Assembly: GCA_964409615.1 (NCBI GenBank)
Contig: CAYPDT010000001.1
Coordinates: 499,880-563,879, forward strand
Reading direction: 5' to 3'
Origin: an uncultured Candidatus Saccharibacteria bacterium
Lineage (GTDB): Bacteria > Patescibacteriota > Saccharimonadia > Saccharimonadales > AWTP1-31
Length of the DNA: 64,000 bases
Shown here: positions 56,501 to 64,000 of the stretch, piece by piece
Position numbering within the stretch: position 1 is the first letter of the stretch
How the letters are laid out: each line of letters starts with the position of its first letter
Made by a program: the position numbers and the translations under genes
The notes under the pieces: generated by a model
What the model saw: the letters and a program-made list of their open reading frames with translations, nothing else
What the model was told of the DNA's origin: nothing
Database searches by the model: none

Positions 56501-56678
56501 GAGCTTCGGGAGATAAGGGGTTGCTCTTATTGTCTTTAATTTCAGAGGGGTCTTTTTGAGCAAAGCCGTTTGCGTCTACGCTCTCGCCCTTGTTGTCCTT
56601 GGTATAAATAGACTTCGACGGCAAAATACCATCATCGTCGTAGACTTCTTTGCCTGACTGCTTTTGCTGATCATCCAT
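53592..56678 (-). CDS. 1028-aa membrane-anchored protein ending in an M15 (VanY/LAS-type) zinc peptidase domain
   Basis: One TM segment (GVGGGVAGIVITLFFALLPY) lies near aa 115. The C-terminus has GYSNHQMGLAIDF and SEPWHWS, the H-x6-D and H zinc ligands of VanY-like peptidases, at nt about 53595-53960. The middle 700 aa are unassigned. Confidence 0.7.
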   Translation of the reverse strand: MDDQQKQSGKEVYDDDGILPSKSIYTKDNKGESVDANGFAQKDPSEIKDNKSNPLSPEALRDAEQGITSEDRERFGALAGEAMWLTNLKDAKGIAGTTRVMSKSLLNKRTATGLGVGGGVAGIVITLFFALLPYKLNMMMDNLQSKYFSGTNNAVDKAVDKMFTKYLKEKIIPGLGKPGCGSTKTINKDCVSVSDNDTPFGRLSNAWREGRLENRMSEKYGLELERSPGATTFTVKIDGKTSNVDVDGFLKDPNSNLWTATGSRSDVRNTVRTALEKETGWKKMLYRYRVGKLMESKYGIKRCFVFCKSRDRFADYKDKRKNAFKLMLTQKVLVGRSGMLGEALVCIIDDSCLNGEPDRKDNKPDDLERKDVLQKNVKNYLEKRGTNLTAEGIDKISETVVKLEDAGGLGKYVVIELAEKLGGEAGKKLAKGSIPVIGWIDTAATFINKAATIGPKLRKINYVIGTASAAALAAGMLTASDEQKGGYTDPEVARSMAEALGDTAGDADHKGEPAETSPMYQKLFGSSQQTTAFSIFTPSVSASATVTGYTCPDKTPVGNKDACDDETFRIDNVVTSISDMFNLPGLSALKAAAGVWSTLSSLVDKPLDWVSSLLLDNPLVNAITENVMEYVSPYIEALSGKIFKSFVSDTMSGGRTFQGLAAGMDVLASTSGEFGIGGGQISDAQSSALLQEEELKAQEDFASKPLYARLFDQQDSRSLVGQVAMAMPFTTSTAVSQTANRLVSSPFAVISSGFGNFFTRKASAAGSELPNPFGTLRFGHPEGDTALNVDPTTLTNEYCSAFNEKWADDVEVDEATGMEVHKTGNPCLLYSAATSAAGGKFSDEALNDSASSITSGTDSTPAPTTPGNPNPGPPTGNTYDTSTCQAGTDVSPPGGADGYKNNQLYKIRICRVQGITVNAQISGDLDRLINAARAGGVNLGGGGFRTMQGQIDARKRNNCPDIYTSPAKSCSPPTARPGYSNHQMGLAIDFSNCSTRSTACYKWLASNAKTYKLINLPSEPWHWSVDGN

Positions 56679-56687
56679 AGGTATGAA

Positions 56688-58604
56688 CTACACCCCTGGA
56701 GTTAATCTGTTTGTCAGGTCAATCGTACCCTGTGGCTGGTCAAGGTCGCCTGCTTTTTCGATTTGCTGTACCTGCTTCGGGTCGGTGGTAATAAGATTCA
56801 TCTCGGTGGGGCTGGCGGTAATTTGGATGTGAACATGGCTTTGGCCAGCAAAGAATAATCCCTGCCCTACTGGGAATTGCCCAAGGCGTTTACGTTCTTC
56901 GCTCGTCAGTTTAAACACCTCACCTAGTAAATCGATAGCCGAAGACGATTGCTTTAATAGAATTTGCATACTGGCGTTAGCAACAATGGCGCGACCCATG
57001 CGTGACCCCATGAAGTCTTCGACGTCTTGTGAAATAGTGGTAATGCCCAAGTTGTATTTACGAGCACGCTTAGCTAGGCCAAACATAAAGCTTGCTGAAT
57101 CTTCGTACTTCATGAGTTGCCATGCTTCGTCAACAATTAGCATGCGACGTCGCTTGTCGCTTTTTGCACGGTTCCAGATAAAGTTGAGCACAATATACAT
57201 CGCCACTGGTCGGAGTTCATCCTCGAGGTCGCGGATATTGAAGACCACCATCGGATTATTAATATCGGTGTTGGATTGTTGGCTAAAGATGCCGGCAAAT
57301 GTACCAGTGGTGTATTTACGAAGTCGTTGAGCGAGCTGAGGCCCGGTTCCGCCCATATGTAGTAAGGTGTCGTATAGGTCGACAATTGTTGGTGGCATGG
57401 CGGTGTGTGTAAGTGGATCGTTGGTGATGCCGGCTTTAGCATAGGTTTCGATTAAGGCAGCATCAAGATCAGATTCTTCTACGGGGTTGAGGGCTGGCAT
57501 TGAAGCGGCGCCACCAGCTACCATCTGAGCCTGTGCTCCACCCATCATTAAACGGAGGAGTCCGTGAAGCGTAATGATGTTGCTTCGGAGGGCATTGTCG
57601 GCTTCGTCGGCATCAACTACGCGCGGTAAATCGAAAGGATTAATGCGAGTACCAGAGTTCAAGCTTAGTCGTACATATGCCCCACCTACAGCCTCACACA
57701 TGCGCTGATACTCGTTTTCTGGGTCGATGATGAATATCTCGGTACCAAACATCAAGCTACGCAGTGCCTCGAGCTTTACGGTAAATGACTTACCTGCACC
57801 CGACTTAGCAAAGACAACCGAGTTGCCGTTTTCTAGGCTGAAGCGGTCAAAAATAACCAGACCAGAGTTGTGCATGTTAATGCCATACAAAATGCCATTT
57901 TCTTGGCTTAAGTCGGCGCTGGTGAACGGGAAGCTGGTGCTGATTGCACCGGTATTCATGTTTCGTCGTATCTGTAGTTGGTCGGTAAACTGCGGTACGG
58001 TACTGTTAAATGCCTGCTCTTGCTGAGAGGTTGCGACTTTTGAATATACAAGCTGTTGACCTAGAAGTGATTCGATTTTGTGTGTTACAAACTCGAGTTC
58101 ATCGGTGCTGTTAGCATAGACGGTAAAATATAAACCAAAACGGAAGAAACGCTCTTCACCAACCTGTAGTTTGTCGCGCATTTCTTCGGCGTCCATGATG
58201 GCTGCTTGCTTACCTGGGTCGCGAACTCGGCCTTTTTCGGCGTCAATTTGCAGCCCGGCCTCGAGTTGGGTGACTTTTTTGCGTAAGTTCTCAAGAACAA
58301 CCTGACTCTCTACTGGGTACACGTAGATGGCCATGTCGATAACCTCGTCGAGATTAACCATACTGCTCAGCCAACCAGTGAAGACCTGCCGAGGATAGCC
58401 AAACACGTAGAATGTTCGCGCAATCCGGGTGCCAATCTTAAACTCACTATTATCGAACACTAACGAGCTTGGCGCTATGAAGTCACGAAGTGCGGTAACA
58501 CCCTTTTGAAAAGCTGCCTGAACCTCTTGCTCTTCACGAGCTCGTTGAGCCTGCGCTATAGCTACTGGATCAGCGGGTGCTTGTTTCTTTTTGCCGAGGG
58601 CCAT
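56688..58604 (-). CDS. virB4: VirB4/TraE/PrgJ-type T4SS ATPase (monoderm type)
   Basis: Walker A is VVFAKSGAGKSFTVK and Walker B is RRMLIVDEAWQLM. The N-terminal IAPSSLVFDNSEFKIGTRIARTFYVFGYPRQVFTGWL is typical of Gram-positive VirB4 homologs. The start overlaps the upstream stop (TAATG). Confidence 0.85.
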   Translation of the reverse strand: MALGKKKQAPADPVAIAQAQRAREEQEVQAAFQKGVTALRDFIAPSSLVFDNSEFKIGTRIARTFYVFGYPRQVFTGWLSSMVNLDEVIDMAIYVYPVESQVVLENLRKKVTQLEAGLQIDAEKGRVRDPGKQAAIMDAEEMRDKLQVGEERFFRFGLYFTVYANSTDELEFVTHKIESLLGQQLVYSKVATSQQEQAFNSTVPQFTDQLQIRRNMNTGAISTSFPFTSADLSQENGILYGINMHNSGLVIFDRFSLENGNSVVFAKSGAGKSFTVKLEALRSLMFGTEIFIIDPENEYQRMCEAVGGAYVRLSLNSGTRINPFDLPRVVDADEADNALRSNIITLHGLLRLMMGGAQAQMVAGGAASMPALNPVEESDLDAALIETYAKAGITNDPLTHTAMPPTIVDLYDTLLHMGGTGPQLAQRLRKYTTGTFAGIFSQQSNTDINNPMVVFNIRDLEDELRPVAMYIVLNFIWNRAKSDKRRRMLIVDEAWQLMKYEDSASFMFGLAKRARKYNLGITTISQDVEDFMGSRMGRAIVANASMQILLKQSSSAIDLLGEVFKLTSEERKRLGQFPVGQGLFFAGQSHVHIQITASPTEMNLITTDPKQVQQIEKAGDLDQPQGTIDLTNRLTPGV

Positions 58605-59569
58605 TATTGCATCTCCCGATCAAGACCTGGCTGACGTGCAACGCCAACACCCTTGGTTACTACGGGTGCGGCAAGGTCGTTAAAATTCTTAAGTTGTTGT
58701 CGAGTGGCGGTGTCAGGGTTGTAGCTGTCATAGTACAGCTCGATAAGTTCCTGGGTGTCTAACGGCAAGCCTTGAACACCACACTGCATAAGGCCGCCAA
58801 GGATAGCTTGTACGCGGTTGCGAAGTTCGTCTTTGGCTTTTGCCAGGTCGGCCTCGTTAATGGTAACTTGACGCTGCTGTTTGTCGCCAAACATACTGCC
58901 CAGACTCTTCAAGAAGCCCTTACTGCTGCTTATGGTAGATTGCAGGTCGGCTGTTGGAAAGAATGGAATAACTACATAAAACTTCTTGTCCATAATATTG
59001 GTCTGCTGACTCAATTGATCCATATAGTTGATGTAATCTTCCATGAGTAATGCTAGAAGCATGTTGTCGTGCTCGGTACGAATCTTGTCGAGCTTTTCAA
59101 TATACGGGCCGAGGTCGACTTTTTGAGAACGGACCAGAATTTGTATTGGGAAATAGAGCGAGTTAAGAAAACCCTGGTAACTAAACTCAACAGCTTCGCG
59201 CTCTTGCGGGCTCATTAGGTCGAAGTTGATTGATTTAGCCATAACTACCGAGCGAAAACTGCCGTCGTTCATGATGACAATGCCGTCGCGAATTTCAGCA
59301 ATTTGTAGTGAATTCTGCGTACTGTTTGGGTTCGACTTGGGCGCAATAGTCGGCTGTTGAACAGACGGCTGTGCCTGCCCCACAGAGGCAGAGGCGCTTG
59401 CATTATAGGTGTTTTGCGGAGGTGCTACGGCAGGTACGGCACCTGGCATAGCGTATGCTTGGCTGCCAACGCCTTGGTTGCTCATAGGTGCGGGTGTGTT
59501 GGCAGGAGCGGCGTTAAAAGGCGCGCCACCTGGCATACCTGGCTGTGGCTGATTATATGACGGATCCAT
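58604..59569 (-). CDS. T4SS-associated hypothetical protein: disordered P/Q/A-rich N-terminus plus a folded domain faintly resembling a VirB4 N-terminal domain
   Basis: The first 90 aa or so are low complexity (PQPGMPGGAPFNAAPANTPAP...). The rest (IAEIRDGIVIMNDGSFRSVVMAKSINF...FLNSLYFPIQILV) parallels the N-terminal layout of the next gene. There is no P-loop. Confidence 0.55.
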   Translation of the reverse strand: MDPSYNQPQPGMPGGAPFNAAPANTPAPMSNQGVGSQAYAMPGAVPAVAPPQNTYNASASASVGQAQPSVQQPTIAPKSNPNSTQNSLQIAEIRDGIVIMNDGSFRSVVMAKSINFDLMSPQEREAVEFSYQGFLNSLYFPIQILVRSQKVDLGPYIEKLDKIRTEHDNMLLALLMEDYINYMDQLSQQTNIMDKKFYVVIPFFPTADLQSTISSSKGFLKSLGSMFGDKQQRQVTINEADLAKAKDELRNRVQAILGGLMQCGVQGLPLDTQELIELYYDSYNPDTATRQQLKNFNDLAAPVVTKGVGVARQPGLDREMQ

Positions 59570-59603
59570 AGACGATTAATTGCCCACCCTTTGCTGTAAT
59601 GCT

Positions 59604-60659
59604 CTAATGTAGTGAAATAATGACTTCATCGTCATCGGCTTGCGGGTGAATCCTATTGGTTTCACGCGCTAAACTTTCAACGCTCCGGTCATTATTCCTA
59701 GCAAGTTCAATTGTAGCAGGGTCAGGGGCCACTGTCACTGCAGGAGCGGTATTATTTACGGGGTGTATTGCGCTTGGGTCAAGGTTCTTATGGTTACGGA
59801 AAGCCTGATTAGAGCGACTCTTGTTATGGTGTAAGGTGTCTAAGATTTGGGCTTCACTTGGGTCTGGCGCTACTGGCTTGCGCATGGTTGCTGGAAGTAC
59901 ATTTTCTTCTTGGGGTTGCTGGGTTGTTTGAGTACTAAAATTGGTTAGTCCCGGGTTAGGATTGCCGGCTGGTTGACCCATGAACCAAAAGTTGTCGGGC
60001 TGTGTGTACTGATCAGTTCCATTTATGGTGTTTTGCATACGATTAACCACGTCTTGCTTATGACCCTGGCTACTGGCAGCAATCTGACTTGTTAGTCGCT
60101 GTGCTTCGGGGCTGTCGAATAAATCAACAATAGAATCGTCATTAGTTGACATAGATGCAGTCGGTAAGCTGGTTGCAGCGACCAGTCGGTCTGTAGAACC
60201 AGCCACTAGTCCGGCTGCGGTGTTCATATCAACCCCCTTCACTGCCCAGCCTCTACTGTCGATGGTATCGGCAAGTGCCTTTAGTCGACTCCGCACCTCG
60301 GTTTGCGAAAGTCCGTCGCTAAGTATTTCTTCAATTTTCTTTGGAGCAGTTATCTTCACCAACTCCTGCATACCAGATTGGTCCCAAATCCGACGACGTG
60401 GTTTAAAGGCAAATCGAATTTTTGCCAACAGCCAGACCTCGGTGGGCTGATCGCGACCCCATGGAAAGGCTAAGAATCCGGTAACAATAATTACGGGTAA
60501 CATTGGAAATATAAGGACCCAAATACCCTTAGTTAAGAAGATGAAACTTAGGTATGTACACACCAACGCAATAGCAGCCAGAATGAACTGCTTTAGAGTT
60601 AGGGGGCCAAGAAATTTGTCCTCTGCCTCGATGTCTTGAAGTACTTTGTATGTTGCCAT
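59604..60659 (-). CDS. PrgI/VirB3-like T4SS membrane protein with a C-terminal extension of about 230 aa
   Basis: MATYKVLQDIEAEDKFLGPLTLKQFI followed by a TM hairpin matches the PrgI-family N-terminus as I recall it. The tail is Q/N/P/T-rich. Confidence 0.65.
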   Translation of the reverse strand: MATYKVLQDIEAEDKFLGPLTLKQFILAAIALVCTYLSFIFLTKGIWVLIFPMLPVIIVTGFLAFPWGRDQPTEVWLLAKIRFAFKPRRRIWDQSGMQELVKITAPKKIEEILSDGLSQTEVRSRLKALADTIDSRGWAVKGVDMNTAAGLVAGSTDRLVAATSLPTASMSTNDDSIVDLFDSPEAQRLTSQIAASSQGHKQDVVNRMQNTINGTDQYTQPDNFWFMGQPAGNPNPGLTNFSTQTTQQPQEENVLPATMRKPVAPDPSEAQILDTLHHNKSRSNQAFRNHKNLDPSAIHPVNNTAPAVTVAPDPATIELARNNDRSVESLARETNRIHPQADDDEVIISLH

Positions 60660-60690
60660 AAGTAATTAATTTCCGCTGACTGTTGATGTG

Positions 60691-63600
60691 CTATGGGCGA
60701 GGTGGCCCGTACACCTCATTGCCATAAAGCACTAGTTGACCGTTATTGTCGTATTTTTTCCTTACGGTTGCATTGGTGTGCGTGGTAAGTTTTTTACCAG
60801 TAGCTGGGTCGACCTTCTGGCGCATCCTAGAGGGGTCTCCTGGGTCCTGTTCAAGGTCTGCAACCTCTAGTACTGCTGTTCTATGCGCCATGCGACGTGC
60901 GGCAGCTTGTACTCCTGTAGCGGCTCCTGAAAGCCCACTGAATCCTGGGGTACCTTCGTCGTCGATTGTGCCAGATGCTCCGCCCGTACGAGGTGTCTTT
61001 TGCGGGTCTCCAACCCAACTTTCTTCCATCTCTTGGATTTTAGCCAGTTGACTGCGTGATAATTCAAGACGTGACGCATCCACTGCGCTTAATGTGGCAG
61101 GGTCACGGCTGGATAGGTCACGGATGTCGGCTGCATAAGCCTCTTTTGCTGAACTGACTTCATTGATAGTTGAGTCGTGCATTTGGGAAACGGCCCAGTT
61201 GCCTTTTTTGTCGAAAAGCTCTTGGACAAAAGCATCTCGTCCGCCCAATTGTTGTAGTTCTCCGGTTTTCTCATTGAATTGTGAGCCAGTTTGCTTAAGT
61301 GAGCCATCAGTATTAACGGTATACCCGGAGTTATTTGTTGCGGTTGAGATTCTGAAGCCACCAGCACCGTCTTTTTCAACTGATGCGTGCTTGAGCTCAA
61401 GTCGCTCACCCTGACGGGCAAATGCTACTCCGGTGAACAGTCCCTTGCCCTGCTCTAAAGTAAGTCCCTCTTGGCTCATCCAGGCGCCATAGTTGCCCAA
61501 TAGAGTATCGGTATCGCCATCGGTGAGAGCCTTCTTGGCTTCGTAGTTGACGGCGTCTTGAATTTCGCCCATGTTTCGATACAACTGGGTGGATTTTGTG
61601 TAGTCATAGTCGGTGTAGCGCTTTTGGCCGTTCATTGACATGCGCATTGCCTGACCATTCTTCATTACGCGCATGGCCTTTCCGTCTGCTCCAATAGCTG
61701 CCTGTCTCACATCTGTTGTTTCACCGCCGTCCGCACGTCGATATAGCGCTAACGAAGTTCGTGCGCGAACATAGGTGTCATCTCCTGCTCCTGTTGTACG
61801 TCCTTGTCGCTTCTGCGCGTCTTCGTTAAGCTCCGCCTCTTTGTCCATTAAGTTGCCGAAGTCCATGCGACGTCCGGCGAACCTGCGTAGACGGCTGCTA
61901 GAGTCTTTGTTAGAGCGAACAAACTGAGCACGATTCTTGGTCACATTGCCGGTAACTCGTCTCCTGGTGCTGTTGCGAAGACTATTTGGATCATTGGCAT
62001 TACCCTTGATAGCCTCTGTTCCCTTTTTACCAAAGTTGCTCAAAGCACTAACCACGGTCCCAACAATGCCCCCAGCAGCCTTAAAGGCCCACGGAATCAA
62101 TGCGATTGGCAGGAACATGGCAACAAAAGCGACTATTCCGGCAATTCCGCTACCTGCTGCGGTTACTACAGGCGCCTGGTCTAAGAGAGGACCATCACCA
62201 AAGCCGTTGGCCTTTTGAATGGTAACTGCAAGAATGTCTGCAACGGCAAACATAACAACCACAATTGGGTATACAAGCAGTGTTTTGAACAGTGTTTCCC
62301 ACCATTTTTTAAAGTACTTCTCCGTATTTGGCAGACAGTATAGTGCGAAAGCAACGGGACTAACAATAATAAGGGCTAGTATAATTCCTTGCCGGATGAC
62401 CATGGTTAAGAATGCGCCCATCACACCAACAAATGCAGGAAGCAGTACGAACAGTGCTAAGAAGGATGCTGCGGCGCCCACGCCCACAAATCCAACCACA
62501 AATATAATGCCGCTCAAGAACGCAACGATACTACCGGCCCCGATTACGATGCTCTGAGTGACGTCTAGGGTAAATTTAAATTGTCCAGCATCGGCGAACG
62601 GCGCCGTCATTAACTGACCAATTCCTCCGGCTAGAACATTAGTTATGTCAACTAATATAGAGACGATATATATAGATAGGTTCACAAGAATAGCCGCAAC
62701 TAATATTCGAGGCATAACTTTTTTAGCTGTGTAGGCATCAACCAAACCACCACCAATTGCCTGGCTAAACACGATTACGAGCATAGAAATAATAAGTATG
62801 ATATTTCCGTATAGCCTAAAGTTGCTCCACACCTGGAAGCTGCCGTTGTCTGGGTCGGTGCTTACCGGTGGGGTTCGAAGTAGTGGCTCGACTAGGTTGC
62901 GGAACATCCAGTCAGTAAAGTCACCCATTCCATTGAAGACCGGACACATAATCCAGGTAATTGGATTACCTGAAGATTCACAGGTCGGCTGATTGTCGCT
63001 TGTTCCGGTTGTGCCACCCGCATCTAGTTTTGCGGCTTCTGGTTTGTTATTTTCGAACCAGTCGGCAAATGCTGGAGCTAGTGCTTCAATTTTCTTGCCG
63101 AGGGTTTGGCAAGAAAGTCTTCCATCTGAAGCACCCAGCCCATGACCAATGGCAACCTGATCGGCGTTAGTTCCTTGGAAATCATCTTTTACCTGGAACA
63201 TTGCATCATTTATCTTTGTGCCATTAAGCTCAACATAAAGCTTGATATCTATAGGGTCGCCTACAATATCGTTGCGGTTGGTCGCTCGGGTGGCGCATTG
63301 TTTAAACGACCGGACGTAGTTGATATATAGTGATGCGTCATCGGGGCTGCTGTAAGGCAGAGAGCTTTTGATTTTGGCGCGAATGTCAGCCTTTACCGCA
63401 CCTTCGTCACGTTTCAGTTTAAGTTGTGCATCGCCGTCACCTTCATAGTTCTGGTCACGGAAGTCTTTAAAGCCGGAGTAGCCAATAAGTTTGAACCATT
63501 CATCAGCATGACCTTCGGTGCCACACAGCCATTTACCGTCGTCGGGTGCAACGGTATGCCCAACACTTACGCCTTTCTCAGATTTTGCCCATATATATGG

Positions 63601-63924
63601 TGCAGGACCAAAGTCGGGTAACTCATATAAATATCCAAAAGGAGTTCCAGAAGTACGAGGAATATTGGCCGAAAAGCCTGCATCCAAATTAATATTGACT
63701 GAGATTGGCCCCGCAACCGGATATCCTACCCACTTCACCCCGCCATCGAGACACTCGTCAAAAGCCTTAAGTTTTAGGTATTTTTTAAGATTAGTATCTA
63801 TTGCCGCAGTATCGGCTCGAGCCGTCGGTGGACTCACGGTATTAAATATAACGATTCCAATCAAAATAAGGCCAAACAAAGAGAAAAGCCTGCTTTTATA
63901 ACCAACAAACCTAAACTGCTTCAA
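60691..63924 (-). CDS. extended VirB6/TrbL-like T4SS channel protein (1077 aa)
   Basis: A signal/anchor sequence is followed by an exodomain of about 360 aa, a block of at least 6 TM helices (aa about 375-640, Gly/Ala/Val-rich as in TrbL/VirB6) and a hydrophilic C-terminal region of about 430 aa. The TTG start at 63924 has GAGGAG 6 nt upstream. Confidence 0.7.
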   Translation of the reverse strand: MKQFRFVGYKSRLFSLFGLILIGIVIFNTVSPPTARADTAAIDTNLKKYLKLKAFDECLDGGVKWVGYPVAGPISVNINLDAGFSANIPRTSGTPFGYLYELPDFGPAPYIWAKSEKGVSVGHTVAPDDGKWLCGTEGHADEWFKLIGYSGFKDFRDQNYEGDGDAQLKLKRDEGAVKADIRAKIKSSLPYSSPDDASLYINYVRSFKQCATRATNRNDIVGDPIDIKLYVELNGTKINDAMFQVKDDFQGTNADQVAIGHGLGASDGRLSCQTLGKKIEALAPAFADWFENNKPEAAKLDAGGTTGTSDNQPTCESSGNPITWIMCPVFNGMGDFTDWMFRNLVEPLLRTPPVSTDPDNGSFQVWSNFRLYGNIILIISMLVIVFSQAIGGGLVDAYTAKKVMPRILVAAILVNLSIYIVSILVDITNVLAGGIGQLMTAPFADAGQFKFTLDVTQSIVIGAGSIVAFLSGIIFVVGFVGVGAAASFLALFVLLPAFVGVMGAFLTMVIRQGIILALIIVSPVAFALYCLPNTEKYFKKWWETLFKTLLVYPIVVVMFAVADILAVTIQKANGFGDGPLLDQAPVVTAAGSGIAGIVAFVAMFLPIALIPWAFKAAGGIVGTVVSALSNFGKKGTEAIKGNANDPNSLRNSTRRRVTGNVTKNRAQFVRSNKDSSSRLRRFAGRRMDFGNLMDKEAELNEDAQKRQGRTTGAGDDTYVRARTSLALYRRADGGETTDVRQAAIGADGKAMRVMKNGQAMRMSMNGQKRYTDYDYTKSTQLYRNMGEIQDAVNYEAKKALTDGDTDTLLGNYGAWMSQEGLTLEQGKGLFTGVAFARQGERLELKHASVEKDGAGGFRISTATNNSGYTVNTDGSLKQTGSQFNEKTGELQQLGGRDAFVQELFDKKGNWAVSQMHDSTINEVSSAKEAYAADIRDLSSRDPATLSAVDASRLELSRSQLAKIQEMEESWVGDPQKTPRTGGASGTIDDEGTPGFSGLSGAATGVQAAARRMAHRTAVLEVADLEQDPGDPSRMRQKVDPATGKKLTTHTNATVRKKYDNNGQLVLYGNEVYGPPRP

Positions 63925-64000
63925 AAGGACTCCTCGGTAATTCGAAGTTAATCTTTATTTTGTGCCCACGAAGTTCAATCATAACCTCTTACATACTATA

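Noticed and set aside
53829-56559. Long plus-strand ORFs (53829..54299, 54046..54543, 55777..56559 at 260 aa, and others) lying opposite the 1028-aa M15-domain gene.
   Set aside because: They are fully nested antisense to a much longer ORF that has recognisable TM and peptidase motifs. Their translations are low-complexity Ser/Pro/Leu/Arg-rich strings typical of antisense frames. They have no start context.
50727-63924. The T4SS genes as evidence of an integrated conjugative element or plasmid remnant.
   Set aside because: No integrase, relaxase, coupling protein, partition genes, tRNA target or flanking direct repeats are visible. The cluster abuts core recF. I therefore did not call a mobile_element, but sequence beyond 64000 is needed to be sure.
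1-64000. Possible alternative genetic code (UGA recoded, as in some candidate phyla).
   Set aside because: Long ORFs close cleanly under the standard code. TGA is used as a stop at operon junctions, for example the ATGA overlap at 6765-6768. Recoding is unnecessary.

Overview
This is a gene-dense bacterial chromosome segment that reads cleanly in the standard genetic code and spans the replication origin. The origin core is jag-yidC-rnpA-rpmH on the minus strand, then a DnaA-box cluster, then dnaA-dnaN-recF on the plus strand.

Left of the origin, about 5.3-44.5 kb, lies a surface-glycan super-locus of about 39 kb.
- Assembly and export genes: an LCP ligase, a polyprenyl-phosphate sugar transferase, six GT4 and three membrane-anchored GT2 transferases, two GtrA-type proteins, a Wzx-like flippase, a Wzy/O-antigen-ligase-like protein, a Wzm/Wzt ABC exporter and four large GT-C-like polytopic proteins.
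- Nucleotide-sugar routes: GDP-mannose (cupin PMI-like, PMM, ManC), a GDP-6-deoxy or 3,6-dideoxy-hexose (Gmd, a ColD/E1-type dehydratase with His in place of the Schiff-base Lys, an Rmd-like reductase) and UDP-xylose (Ugd, Uxs).
- Three secreted or anchored repeat proteins sit at 18.5-22.1 kb.

Right of the origin, 50.7-63.9 kb, is a tightly packed seven-gene minus-strand operon. It encodes a monoderm-style type IV secretion-like apparatus: an extended VirB6-like protein, a PrgI/VirB3-like protein and a VirB4 ATPase. It also encodes two large cell-wall hydrolases carrying three lytic domains. No relaxase, VirD4 or integrase is visible in the window. This is my best candidate for a non-conjugative, cell-cell interaction system.

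A -10 hexamer lies 6-9 nt upstream of many operon-first ATG codons, which suggests widespread leaderless mRNAs.

The gene content suggests a Patescibacteria/Saccharibacteria-like organism: monoderm envelope genes, a LexA-like protein without its peptidase domain, and a T4SS beside oriC. That assignment is inference only.

I saw no rRNA, tRNA, CRISPR array, transposase or integrase. All family calls are motif recognition by eye; no database search was run.
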